Shown here piece after piece: positions 16,463 to 23,866 of a DNA stretch of 64,000 bases. Within the stretch, counting starts at the first letter, position 1, and the number at the start of each line of letters is the position of its first letter. The stretch lies in the IMG/VR virus record IMGVR_UViG_3300017911_001490, positions 16,598-80,597 of that record; one strand, given 5' to 3'. A program made the translations under genes and the position numbers. Source of the DNA: a virus. Taxonomy: Duplodnaviria > Caudoviricetes. Under the pieces are notes generated by a model. It saw nothing but the letters and a program-made list of their open reading frames with translations, did not search any database and was not told where the DNA came from.

Positions 16463-17857
16463 ATGTTTGGATTCGGTACAGCCCTCAAAAGTATATTTGA
16501 CCAAGGACCAAGACCCGCACGTAGTGGATTCGGCTTATCAGGCATAGCAAGTGGTTTCGCTAAACCATCATACGGTGGATACACAGGAATGGGTAGAGGT
16601 TTATCAGGTCTTAGTAGGGGAACTTACGACTTTGGTGGTGGATTCAGAAACGCTTATGATCCCGTAACATCTGCACAGAGCGTGGGTCGCAGGCCAAAGA
16701 GATTAGCTACAGATTTATTCAGTAGATTCAATGACCGTGATCTGCGTACAGCACCTCGTCCTGATGCACCTATGCTTACGAGGCAAGTACCTGAAGAGTA
16801 TCAGGAGTTGGTAAATTACCAAGACCCCGACTACTTTAATTATGTCAGAAACACACCTGATCTAAGAAAAGCATTTGAAAATTCACCTGAGGCTAAAGCT
16901 CTATATGAACCCGCATGGGATTCGACTGCAGGTAAGATAGACGAAAGTAAGCTAGACCTAGATGCATACAGAGATGCCGCAATAAAGTTTGGTGAAACTC
17001 ACTACAATGATTTCGGAAAGGGCGAGGGTCGTGATCTTCCAATGATTGATCGTCAGCGGTATGAGACCAAAGAGCGTATGATTGATGAGATGTATGAGGG
17101 TGAGCGTCCCGATCGTGAGCAACTCTTTGATACAGCCCGTAACGCAATTCAGGATAGACTTTATAGTAACATGGGTAGACAGCGTGAGTTTAACCCGTAT
17201 AATTTTGATTCATATTCTCCTAGCAGACGCGGAATGGGTAGAGGGCCTCTCAATATGGGGCTAGACTCTATGTTCGGAGGAATGTTTAGAAATAGTTCTC
17301 CATACGGACAATTCCCTGGATTTGGAGGTATGCAGCCATTCAATCCTTACGGAGGTGGTAGAAGAGGTATGTTTGGCATGCAACAACAAGCACCCTTCGG
17401 TGGTATGTTTGGTGGATCCCCATACAATACTTCATTCAGTGATGACGGTATGAGTGGTGGAATCTTTGGAGGTATCGGTCGTGGACTTGGTGGTATGTTT
17501 AGTCGTCCAAGTATGGGAGGAGCTATGGATCCTTTCATGACACCAAGAGGTGGACGCGGTATGTTTGGTGCGATGAATGATATTGCCCGACGCGGTATGC
17601 AAGCTAACAGGCAGGGAGCTGGTGGACCACGAGTTCCAGCGATGCGCCACGGGCAATCAGAAGGTGGTGATTTACCTAGCGGATATAGCTACAAACCAAC
17701 TCCAGGCATGGCATACTCAATGGATATGCCAAAGAATGGTGGTAGATGGGCATACGGTCCCGAAGGGGACAGAATCGAAGTAGGTGGCACTCAGCCAAAA
17801 CCAGTTGGAGGCAGGGGACTCATGGGTATGAGTTTCCTAAGAAATCTATTTGGATGA
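16463..17857 (+). CDS. Gly/Met/Phe-rich low-complexity protein with a small central domain (Y-x-x-x-x-PDL...HY-x-x-FG-x-x-EGR)
   Basis: 464 aa; many GGMFG/GRG units. Confidence 0.8.
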   Translation: MFGFGTALKSIFDQGPRPARSGFGLSGIASGFAKPSYGGYTGMGRGLSGLSRGTYDFGGGFRNAYDPVTSAQSVGRRPKRLATDLFSRFNDRDLRTAPRPDAPMLTRQVPEEYQELVNYQDPDYFNYVRNTPDLRKAFENSPEAKALYEPAWDSTAGKIDESKLDLDAYRDAAIKFGETHYNDFGKGEGRDLPMIDRQRYETKERMIDEMYEGERPDREQLFDTARNAIQDRLYSNMGRQREFNPYNFDSYSPSRRGMGRGPLNMGLDSMFGGMFRNSSPYGQFPGFGGMQPFNPYGGGRRGMFGMQQQAPFGGMFGGSPYNTSFSDDGMSGGIFGGIGRGLGGMFSRPSMGGAMDPFMTPRGGRGMFGAMNDIARRGMQANRQGAGGPRVPAMRHGQSEGGDLPSGYSYKPTPGMAYSMDMPKNGGRWAYGPEGDRIEVGGTQPKPVGGRGLMGMSFLRNLFG

Positions 17858-18093
17858 TGAAGTGTGAATGGATGGAAGCAAAGCGTTTCCTCCTCACAAG
17901 CTTACAAAACCCTGAGAATGTACATCTAGTAGACCTAGATGAGTTTGACGGATACGGTGAGTGTTCTTGCGAACACTACACCTTCCGCCTCTTGCCTCGA
18001 TTAAAACTTAGGAAACGACCTCTAGTTCCGGCTTGTCGGCACCTTCGGATGGCGCGTCGGGAGCTTGCGCGTTTGCTCGTGCCTGACGAGTAA
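17854..18093 (+). CDS. SWIM-type zinc finger protein
   Basis: CSC...CRH motif; ATG at 17854 overlaps the previous stop. Confidence 0.7.
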   Translation: MMKCEWMEAKRFLLTSLQNPENVHLVDLDEFDGYGECSCEHYTFRLLPRLKLRKRPLVPACRHLRMARRELARLLVPDE

Positions 18094-18271
18094 TTCTCTC
18101 ATAGACATCCATCTTGGCACATTCTATGTGTCCGATCAGTTCGCCCAGAGTTAACTCTTGCTCCTGCCCGAGTTTAAGTGCGAGTCCAATAATAGCTTCC
18201 GCTACAGGGACTTTTTCGTTAGTCTTTTCCTCGGCTTTAGCCTCGGGTGTTGCTGTCTTTTTCTTAGCCAT
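18008..18271 (-). CDS. Hypothetical protein, last gene of the leftward replication operon
   Basis: 87 aa ORF; overlaps the SWIM gene convergently. Confidence 0.65.
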   Translation of the reverse strand: MAKKKTATPEAKAEEKTNEKVPVAEAIIGLALKLGQEQELTLGELIGHIECAKMDVYERITRQARANAQAPDAPSEGADKPELEVVS

Positions 18272-18275
18272 ATTT

Positions 18276-18350
18276 TTACTTCATTAGGAGTTTCTCTAGG
18301 ACTAGGATGCCTAGAATTAAAAAGAGTGCGTATGTGAGTAGCTCAATCAT
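18276..18350 (-). CDS. 24 aa membrane micropeptide (MIELLTYALFLILGILVLEKLLMK)
   Basis: Start overlaps the oxygenase stop; one hydrophobic helix. Confidence 0.5.
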   Translation of the reverse strand: MIELLTYALFLILGILVLEKLLMK

Positions 18351-19086
18351 CCTTAGTTGCTTCCTTCTTGTCTTCTTTGAGCCAAAATACGAATAGGTAT
18401 CGATCACCTGACTTGAGGGGTAAACCTCTATGCAAACATCCGTATGTTGGGAATATAAGTGCATGACCATTGGGAAGTGGATCAACTACACCCGTATTCC
18501 AAAATTCTGTACCACCACCTTCGTATCCACCCGTGTTAAGTGGTACGACCATAGTGATGTCTGCATCGCCATCATGATGCCAGGTTGTTTGAGTGATTTC
18601 CTTTGGGTTGTAGTTAGCTAACTGAATGATCCCATCGGTTACGATTCTCTGAAACAGAGAAGCAAAGATGACATTTATCTTACCTGCAATAATCTGCCAC
18701 ATGGAGTAATACCAACCGGGTGATTTCTCTGCTAATTTAAACTCTTCGATCTGTACTTCCTTCTCCTCGCCTTCATTGACTGAAAACCCATTCGTCTGCT
18801 TGATGTGGTTAATCTCATCAAGAACTACCTTACAAAAGGTATCAGAGAATAAAGGCATAGAGTACACTCCATCAAAGTGCTTGGTCACATGATCCAGTAC
18901 TGGAAAGTCAATGGGTTGTGCGTCATTCCTATACTCCACATCATCCAAAAATTTCTTACAGACAGGCTTACTCTCCTCGATTGATTTTGATACATCTTCT
19001 TGGATCATCCACTCAGCAGGCACGCAGAGTAAGTGATTCTTCAGCAAGTAAGCTGAGTCTTTAGGCTCAAGGAAGTCTAGGTTCAT
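18343..19086 (-). CDS. 2OG-Fe(II) oxygenase, lysyl/prolyl-hydroxylase-like
   Basis: H-x-D (WHHD), LN...YEGGGTEF, distal H (LHRG) and RY-x-x-V-x-W; ATG at 19086 preferred. Confidence 0.85.
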   Translation of the reverse strand: MNLDFLEPKDSAYLLKNHLLCVPAEWMIQEDVSKSIEESKPVCKKFLDDVEYRNDAQPIDFPVLDHVTKHFDGVYSMPLFSDTFCKVVLDEINHIKQTNGFSVNEGEEKEVQIEEFKLAEKSPGWYYSMWQIIAGKINVIFASLFQRIVTDGIIQLANYNPKEITQTTWHHDGDADITMVVPLNTGGYEGGGTEFWNTGVVDPLPNGHALIFPTYGCLHRGLPLKSGDRYLFVFWLKEDKKEATKDD

Positions 19087-19207
19087 TGTTCTCGTAAAAA
19101 CATATTGGACAACTGCCATGCCCTGGCATCGGGCAACAGGTCTTCCTTTTGCAGTTCGAACTGCACCCATTAAGGAAAATGATAATGATCAGAATTAAAA
19201 ACTTCAT
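19067..19207 (-). CDS. 46 aa Cys-rich lipoprotein (MKFLILIIIIFLNGC-SSNCKRKTCCPMPGHGSCPICFY...)
   Basis: Translated by hand; basic N-terminus, hydrophobic core, lipobox-like LNGC; ATG overlaps the HNH stop. Confidence 0.65.
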   Translation of the reverse strand: MKFLILIIIIFLNGCSSNCKRKTCCPMPGHGSCPICFYENNEPRLP

Positions 19208-19485
19208 ATTAGGAATCCTTTCTCTCTTGCCCATGCGGGCTCTCTATGAATCTTGTCATGACAGGATCTGCATACGGATAACCAAGTATCGACATCAAGG
19301 TAATGTTTCCCCCGTCCCGCCTTGTGGTGAATGTCTGTTGAGTTTGCCTTCATACACACTTCGCAGATAGGAAGCTTTTCCATAAACTCGGTCCTTAGTG
19401 TCCCATACTCCCGCATTTCTTTCTGCCTCTTCTTGCTCGCTCTGCGCAGGGGAGTTTTTCTTTTGAGAGGCCCTGAACGCTTCAC
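19204..19485 (-). CDS. HNH endonuclease
   Basis: CEVC...DIHH...N/T-x-L-x-VCRSCH-x-x-IH. Confidence 0.85.
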   Translation of the reverse strand: MKRSGPLKRKTPLRRASKKRQKEMREYGTLRTEFMEKLPICEVCMKANSTDIHHKAGRGKHYLDVDTWLSVCRSCHDKIHREPAWAREKGFLI

Positions 19486-19571
19486 TGTTTATCCTGATTA
19501 TTGTTTCCAGGTCCCACATACAAATATCCACAGAAAGTTAATATAATTATCAATAAAAGTATTGCCCACAT
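19482..19571 (-). CDS. 29 aa membrane micropeptide (MWAILLLIIILTFCGYLYVGPG...)
   Basis: ATG 3 nt after the operator; stop overlaps the HNH GTG start. Confidence 0.55.
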   Translation of the reverse strand: MWAILLLIIILTFCGYLYVGPGNNNQDKQ

Positions 19572-19574
19572 CTT

Positions 19575-19613
19575 GTTACACGATTTTATGTGTTACATGC
19601 AAACCGATGTCAA
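19575..19613 (-). promoter_or_regulatory. sigma70-like promoter with operator motif
   Basis: Minus strand TTGACA-18-ATAAAA(T); GTAACAC-ataaaatc-GTGTAAC at 19596-19575. Confidence 0.6.
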
Positions 19614-19713
19614 CCCCGATACGGAGGAAATGGAGTTTGATTACTATCTTTCCCTCGCGAAACTTTTCGACGAAGGTTATCCTTCGATACCCCACGCACA
19701 CTGCGCCAACGCT

Positions 19714-19839
19714 TCAGTCCCTGCATCCCCGACTCATGGTATACCCGAGAAACGCGACCCCACACCAGAAGAGTGCGCCACAACTGACGCACCCTTCCGG
19801 GAATAGAGTAAGCACTCCTGACAAGTAGTCGGACAACAT
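19714..19839 (-). CDS. Possible 41 aa hydrophobic peptide
   Basis: TAATG coupling to the SSB stop; MLSDYLSGVLTLFPEGCVSCGALFWCGVAFLGY. Confidence 0.4.
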   Translation of the reverse strand: MLSDYLSGVLTLFPEGCVSCGALFWCGVAFLGYTMSRGCRD

Positions 19840-20183
19840 TAAATGTCCAATCCCTCATTGCCTGAGTTCCGGTTGTCGAGAAGATCGAAATCCTCAAGTC
19901 TGTAACGGTAGGTCTTAACCTTATTGCCGTTTTTATCGTCGTAGGTATCTTCTGAAATACTTCCACGAACTGACACATTTTTACCCTTCTTGAAGAATTG
20001 CATGATGTGCTTGTTCTTGTACTCCGACCAGGACTCGAAGTTTGCGAAGGAAGCAATGCTTTCTCCTTTGCGTTTCTCATTCCATGCTCCGCGGAACTTT
20101 ACCAAAGTCCCATCTCCAACTTTTACCTCTTCAGCGTCCGCCACGAGCGTTATATTTCCGTAGAATAACATTTTACCGTTCAT
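19839..20183 (-). CDS. ssb: Single-stranded DNA-binding protein
   Basis: OB-fold pattern GN-x-x-x-x-x-DAE, KKGKNVSVRGSI...Y-x-DKNG. Confidence 0.85.
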   Translation of the reverse strand: MNGKMLFYGNITLVADAEEVKVGDGTLVKFRGAWNEKRKGESIASFANFESWSEYKNKHIMQFFKKGKNVSVRGSISEDTYDDKNGNKVKTYRYRLEDFDLLDNRNSGNEGLDI

Positions 20184-20185
20184 AT

Positions 20186-20314
20186 TTATGATTCCTTTTG
20201 TTGTTTGTTAGACGAGGCGTTTTGCCTCGTTGCTAAATATCTGATTTGTGCCCTTCTGCGTTTCCCTTTCAGTCCGCCGAACGCACCCTTTTGTCCTTTG
20301 CTTTTACTGCTCAT
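20186..20314 (-). CDS. Possible 42 aa basic peptide
   Basis: ATGA coupling to the DnaB stop; fills the gap to ssb. Confidence 0.4.
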   Translation of the reverse strand: MSSKSKGQKGAFGGLKGKRRRAQIRYLATRQNASSNKQQKES

Positions 20315-21693
20315 ATTCTCGTAATGTCATCGAAGTCTAAAGTTTCACGGAATGATACCTCTCGTCTTCCGTCGTTGAGTGCATTATTTTCCTCTTGGAT
20401 AAATCTTTGGCACATTGGTTTGAATTTGATCTTATCTCCCGAATGACCACATCCACCGAACCTTTGCTTTGCCACAATTACTTTCACATCCTCTTTGTCA
20501 TCCCCAAGTAGATCTCGGTGAAGAAGGATTACCACATCTGCGTCCTGTTCGATCTGTCCGCTTTCTCTGAGGTCATGAAGTTGTGGTTCTGATCCACGCT
20601 TGACTGAATCTCTGTTTAGCTGAGCGATTAAGAATACTGGAAGATTTAATTCCTTTGCCAATGCCTTGGATAATCTACTGATCTCAGCGACCTGTTGCTC
20701 TCTTGGCATTTTTGAATCCTCAGGTTTTACGAGTCCTAGATAATCAATGACTATGCAATCAAGTCCATGCTTCCTATCCATGATCCTAGAGGTCGCACGA
20801 ATATTTCCCATGTTTGATCCTGCAAAATCATCAATGTAGATCGGTAGGTCTTTGCACTCCTCGATATTGCGAATCAAGGTTTCTGCATTCCTCTTATTGG
20901 TTTCTGCGTTGGTGGTTTTGTATGGCAATCCATTCTCTGCACCTGATCGGATGAGTCCTAGCTTTTCCCAAAGCGATTCGGATTTCATTTCGAGTGAGAA
21001 GAATAAAGTTTTCTTCCCTTGGAGGGCGGCATGATAAATGAAATTGAGAACGATGGTTGTCTTCCCAACGGATGGACGAGCCGCAACAATGTTTAGGTGA
21101 CTATCCTTAAACCCACCATTCAATCCGTACCTCAACCAAGGCAGATGGGGTTCTATTCTAGCGGGACCCTGCTCCAAGCTCTTTCTAATTTCGCTAATGG
21201 TTGACTTGGTCAACTCCTTGGAATCCATGAGCGTACTGCTCTTTGGTTTAATCAGATTCTGAAGTTCTCTTTCGGATGCCAATGCGTAATCCATTGGATC
21301 ATCCATTTTGTTTCTATCCTTCACCCTAAGGTGTAAGTCCGACCCAATGCTTTCGAGTTTACGGAAGTTTGCTTCCTTGACCATCTGATCAACGGCATAC
21401 TTTCCTTTAGCAAAAGTTACCATCTCGTGGGCTGGGAGAACTTCTTCACTGAAGTGTGGATATTCGCTGTAGAACTCCTTGGATAATCTTTGGTGCGTGC
21501 CGATCATTCCGAAGTCTCCTTCTTTCTCAGCTAGTACCGTTGCCATCCAATATTCCCTACAAGCGGGTTCTTGGAAGTGTTCTGCGGTTATGCCTTGCTC
21601 GATTGCGTAGGCGAATACTTTGTACATCTCATCCTCTTCATCTCTGATGCAAGAAATGAGTCCTCGTTCTGAGTCGAATTGCTCAGAAGTCAT
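20311..21693 (-). CDS. dnaB: DnaB-like replicative helicase
   Basis: AARPSVGKT, FFSLEM, IVIDYL, IAQLNR, DLRESGQIEQDADVVILLHR, VAKQRFG; start near 21693-21711. Confidence 0.95.
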   Translation of the reverse strand: MTSEQFDSERGLISCIRDEEDEMYKVFAYAIEQGITAEHFQEPACREYWMATVLAEKEGDFGMIGTHQRLSKEFYSEYPHFSEEVLPAHEMVTFAKGKYAVDQMVKEANFRKLESIGSDLHLRVKDRNKMDDPMDYALASERELQNLIKPKSSTLMDSKELTKSTISEIRKSLEQGPARIEPHLPWLRYGLNGGFKDSHLNIVAARPSVGKTTIVLNFIYHAALQGKKTLFFSLEMKSESLWEKLGLIRSGAENGLPYKTTNAETNKRNAETLIRNIEECKDLPIYIDDFAGSNMGNIRATSRIMDRKHGLDCIVIDYLGLVKPEDSKMPREQQVAEISRLSKALAKELNLPVFLIAQLNRDSVKRGSEPQLHDLRESGQIEQDADVVILLHRDLLGDDKEDVKVIVAKQRFGGCGHSGDKIKFKPMCQRFIQEENNALNDGRREVSFRETLDFDDITRI

Positions 21694-22240
21694 AATTACC
21701 TGTTGGTTCATTCGATTCCTTTGATTGAGTGTTTTTCCATCCATGTCCTGCGATCCATGAGTTTGGGTGACTGAACTTGTCCCCATCTCTTTTGGATTGC
21801 TTGACATATTCGTTGTAGGCTTGCGCCATTTCTTTTCCGCTCATCTTCGAATCGAGGATTTCATTCCATTGGTCTTTGATTGCCTTGGAGATTCTTTCGG
21901 GGAACTTTACAAAGTCCGAATGCCCGAGAAACGATTTGAAGAATTGCTCATGCTTGTCGACTTCGACAGAGTTAGATTTATCTAACGATAAATTCTTAGT
22001 ATCCCCCGCACGCGTACGAGGCAGGTAGACCTGTGGTGATACTTGAGCATTTATTGGTTTATTTTCTAAGTAGACCTCTGGTGATACTACAGGGCTACCT
22101 ATGTACTTTGATAATTTTTCGGCTACCAAAGATTTTATTACCGCAGAAGGAGCCATATCCACTTGATCGCAATACCATTCTAGCAACCCACGAAGATTGC
22201 CTTTGAAGCGTACAGCGACCTTTAAATCGTTATCGTTCAT
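21683..22240 (-). CDS. Putative replication initiator / helicase-loader-adjacent protein
   Basis: Immediately upstream of dnaB; C-terminal HPNSWIAGHGW resembles the lambda O/DnaD-type tail; internal 19-bp repeats. Confidence 0.6.
   Translation of the reverse strand: MNDNDLKVAVRFKGNLRGLLEWYCDQVDMAPSAVIKSLVAEKLSKYIGSPVVSPEVYLENKPINAQVSPQVYLPRTRAGDTKNLSLDKSNSVEVDKHEQFFKSFLGHSDFVKFPERISKAIKDQWNEILDSKMSGKEMAQAYNEYVKQSKRDGDKFSHPNSWIAGHGWKNTQSKESNEPTGNYDF
22025..22088. repeat. Two 19-bp direct repeats GTAGACCT(G/C)TGGTGATACT, candidate iterons
   Basis: 22025-22043 and 22070-22088, one mismatch, AT-rich spacer. Confidence 0.7.
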
Positions 22241-22565
22241 CTTGAGACCTCCACCCACGTTTCTTCGTTTTTGTACGAGGAGACTTTTTCCTGACTGACT
22301 TCGAGGGTGATCGCTTTTGGATCGTCTTCTGGTATAATTCCCGCAATCCTGAGCGCATCGACGAGATGCTTGACTCCCCCAACCAAATTATCCGGGTCGC
22401 AAAGTCTGACGCGTTTGCTAACAATGCGGACTCGATGGCGAGGAGAGTCTCCATATTCATATCTCGTTTCTCCCTTAACCTCTCCCACTCGTTCATTCGA
22501 AGAAGAGTATTTAAGGAAGGGGTTCGCTTCGCTATCCTGAGGGTTATTATTTCTCCCGATTCCAT
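22230..22565 (-). CDS. Overlapping-frame ORF resembling the RusA N-terminal half (ITLRI-x-x-x-TPSLN...W-x-R-x-x-x-KR)
   Basis: Open across the same DNA as the RusA-like ORF; ATG coupled to the upstream stop (TGATG). Confidence 0.55.
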   Translation of the reverse strand: MESGEIITLRIAKRTPSLNTLLRMNEWERLREKRDMNMETLLAIESALLANASDFATRIIWLGESSISSMRSGLRELYQKTIQKRSPSKSVRKKSPRTKTKKRGWRSQDER

Positions 22566-22572
22566 CACCCAT
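22237..22572 (-). CDS. RusA-like Holliday junction resolvase, catalytic C-terminal half
   Basis: RVR-x-x-DPDNLVGGVKHLVDALR-x-AG-x-I-x-EDD motif. Confidence 0.75.
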   Translation of the reverse strand: MGDGIGRNNNPQDSEANPFLKYSSSNERVGEVKGETRYEYGDSPRHRVRIVSKRVRLCDPDNLVGGVKHLVDALRIAGIIPEDDPKAITLEVSQEKVSSYKNEETWVEVSR

Positions 22573-22960
22573 TGTCTTTAACGATTGAAGAGGCTTTAGG
22601 CTTAGTTTTAACAATGTCCTTTAGCCTATCCTTAAGATCCACTCTAGCTTTCGCTAAAGAGATACCACGCTTATCTGCCCATTGCTTTGCCATGGCTCCA
22701 TCCACATACTTGCATCCCTTTAGGAAATCATTCCATTGAAGTACATTCGTACTCATTAGAATCTCCGCTACTTCAAATGCCTCGTAGGTAGAAATGTTTC
22801 CACCTTTGCGAAGTTTAAATCCTGGTATGCTACTTGGATCCTCTTCTAGTTTTTCTCTCACCAAGGCTTTTACTTGCTTCACGAATTGTTCCATAAGTGG
22901 AACTTTTGTCATGCAGTCAGCAATGTCCTCAATGCTATCCATCCACCGTTTCTCTGTCAT
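22565..22960 (-). CDS. Protein resembling the C-terminal part of DUF2800-type phage nucleases
   Basis: IPGFKLRKG motif; AGGAGG upstream of ATG at 22960. Confidence 0.65.
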   Translation of the reverse strand: MTEKRWMDSIEDIADCMTKVPLMEQFVKQVKALVREKLEEDPSSIPGFKLRKGGNISTYEAFEVAEILMSTNVLQWNDFLKGCKYVDGAMAKQWADKRGISLAKARVDLKDRLKDIVKTKPKASSIVKDNG

Positions 22961-23661
22961 TTTTCCTCCTGTAGTTTTTGTAAACACGAAAATAAGTGTG
23001 ACTTTGCTTCGGGACATGCCCACATCGCAGAACACCACTTACATTGTTTTGGTCCGAATATTCTCTCGGGATTCTCTGCGTAGCTTTTTGCTACAACTTC
23101 ATTTAGCCACTCTAGCTTCTTTTTTAGGACATCTGCCGTGTAAAGCACGGTAGTGTAAGTCGGCTCATTAAAAGGCTCAATCAACGCACAATAGAAATTC
23201 TCCACTTCTTGGTTATTATACCAATAGAGAACCGACTGAGCGATTAACTGAACATTTTCGGGGGCAGGGGAATGAGAGCCGTGGAGGGTCTTATAGTCTG
23301 CTATAAGAACGTCTACCCCCAAACGCTCAACATAATCTAGTTGTCCACTCCACGACTCATCAACCCATAGCCGTAACTCACGCTCGACCAACCCTTCGCC
23401 GAGCTTGCTACCAAATACTTTTTCACGACACTCTGCCAATGCTTGTCGACATCTGTATGCACAAAGTCTTCTTTCATCATCCTCAATTTCCTCAAGGGGA
23501 ACTTCATTCTCCTCGTTTTCATGTCGGACCGTTCCTTCATTGGCAGACTCGCGATCTGCTTTCCACATGAACTGGCGATTAGCTTGGAAGTAGGATGGGC
23601 AAAGACTTGCCGCCTCCATTTTAGAAGCAGATAGTTTTGCATCTATTTCCTCACTTCTCAT
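22957..23661 (-). CDS. PD-(D/E)XK (Cas4-like/DUF2800-like) exonuclease
   Basis: C...EGT-x-x-H, G-x-x-D...IADYKT, QL-x-x-x-S, C-terminal CKWC-x-x-x-x-x-CP. Confidence 0.8.
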   Translation of the reverse strand: MRSEEIDAKLSASKMEAASLCPSYFQANRQFMWKADRESANEGTVRHENEENEVPLEEIEDDERRLCAYRCRQALAECREKVFGSKLGEGLVERELRLWVDESWSGQLDYVERLGVDVLIADYKTLHGSHSPAPENVQLIAQSVLYWYNNQEVENFYCALIEPFNEPTYTTVLYTADVLKKKLEWLNEVVAKSYAENPERIFGPKQCKWCSAMWACPEAKSHLFSCLQKLQEEK

Positions 23662-23866
23662 TAGCTACCTCCGCTACATGTGAAAATTTACATTTAATAA
23701 GATCGGCAAACTTAAGTGCCCGCTCTCTAGCCTCTTCTCGATCGTAGCATTCAAAAACCATTGCGTTTCTCATCTTACCGAAACCATCTTCGTAAAACGC
23801 ATTGTATTTTCTAAGCTTTCGATAAGGTCTAGTTACCCTTTTGAAAATCCTGCTTCCCATTGTCAT
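23651..23866 (-). CDS. Hypothetical protein
   Basis: 71 aa ORF coupled to neighbours. Confidence 0.55.
   Translation of the reverse strand: MTMGSRIFKRVTRPYRKLRKYNAFYEDGFGKMRNAMVFECYDREEARERALKFADLIKCKFSHVAEVANEK

Noticed and set aside
19501-20080. ORFs 19501..19806 (+), 19562..19828 (+) and 19610..20080 (-)
   Set aside because: They run across a promoter/operator, oppose or overlap ssb and coupled micro-ORFs, and have no motifs; treated as shadows
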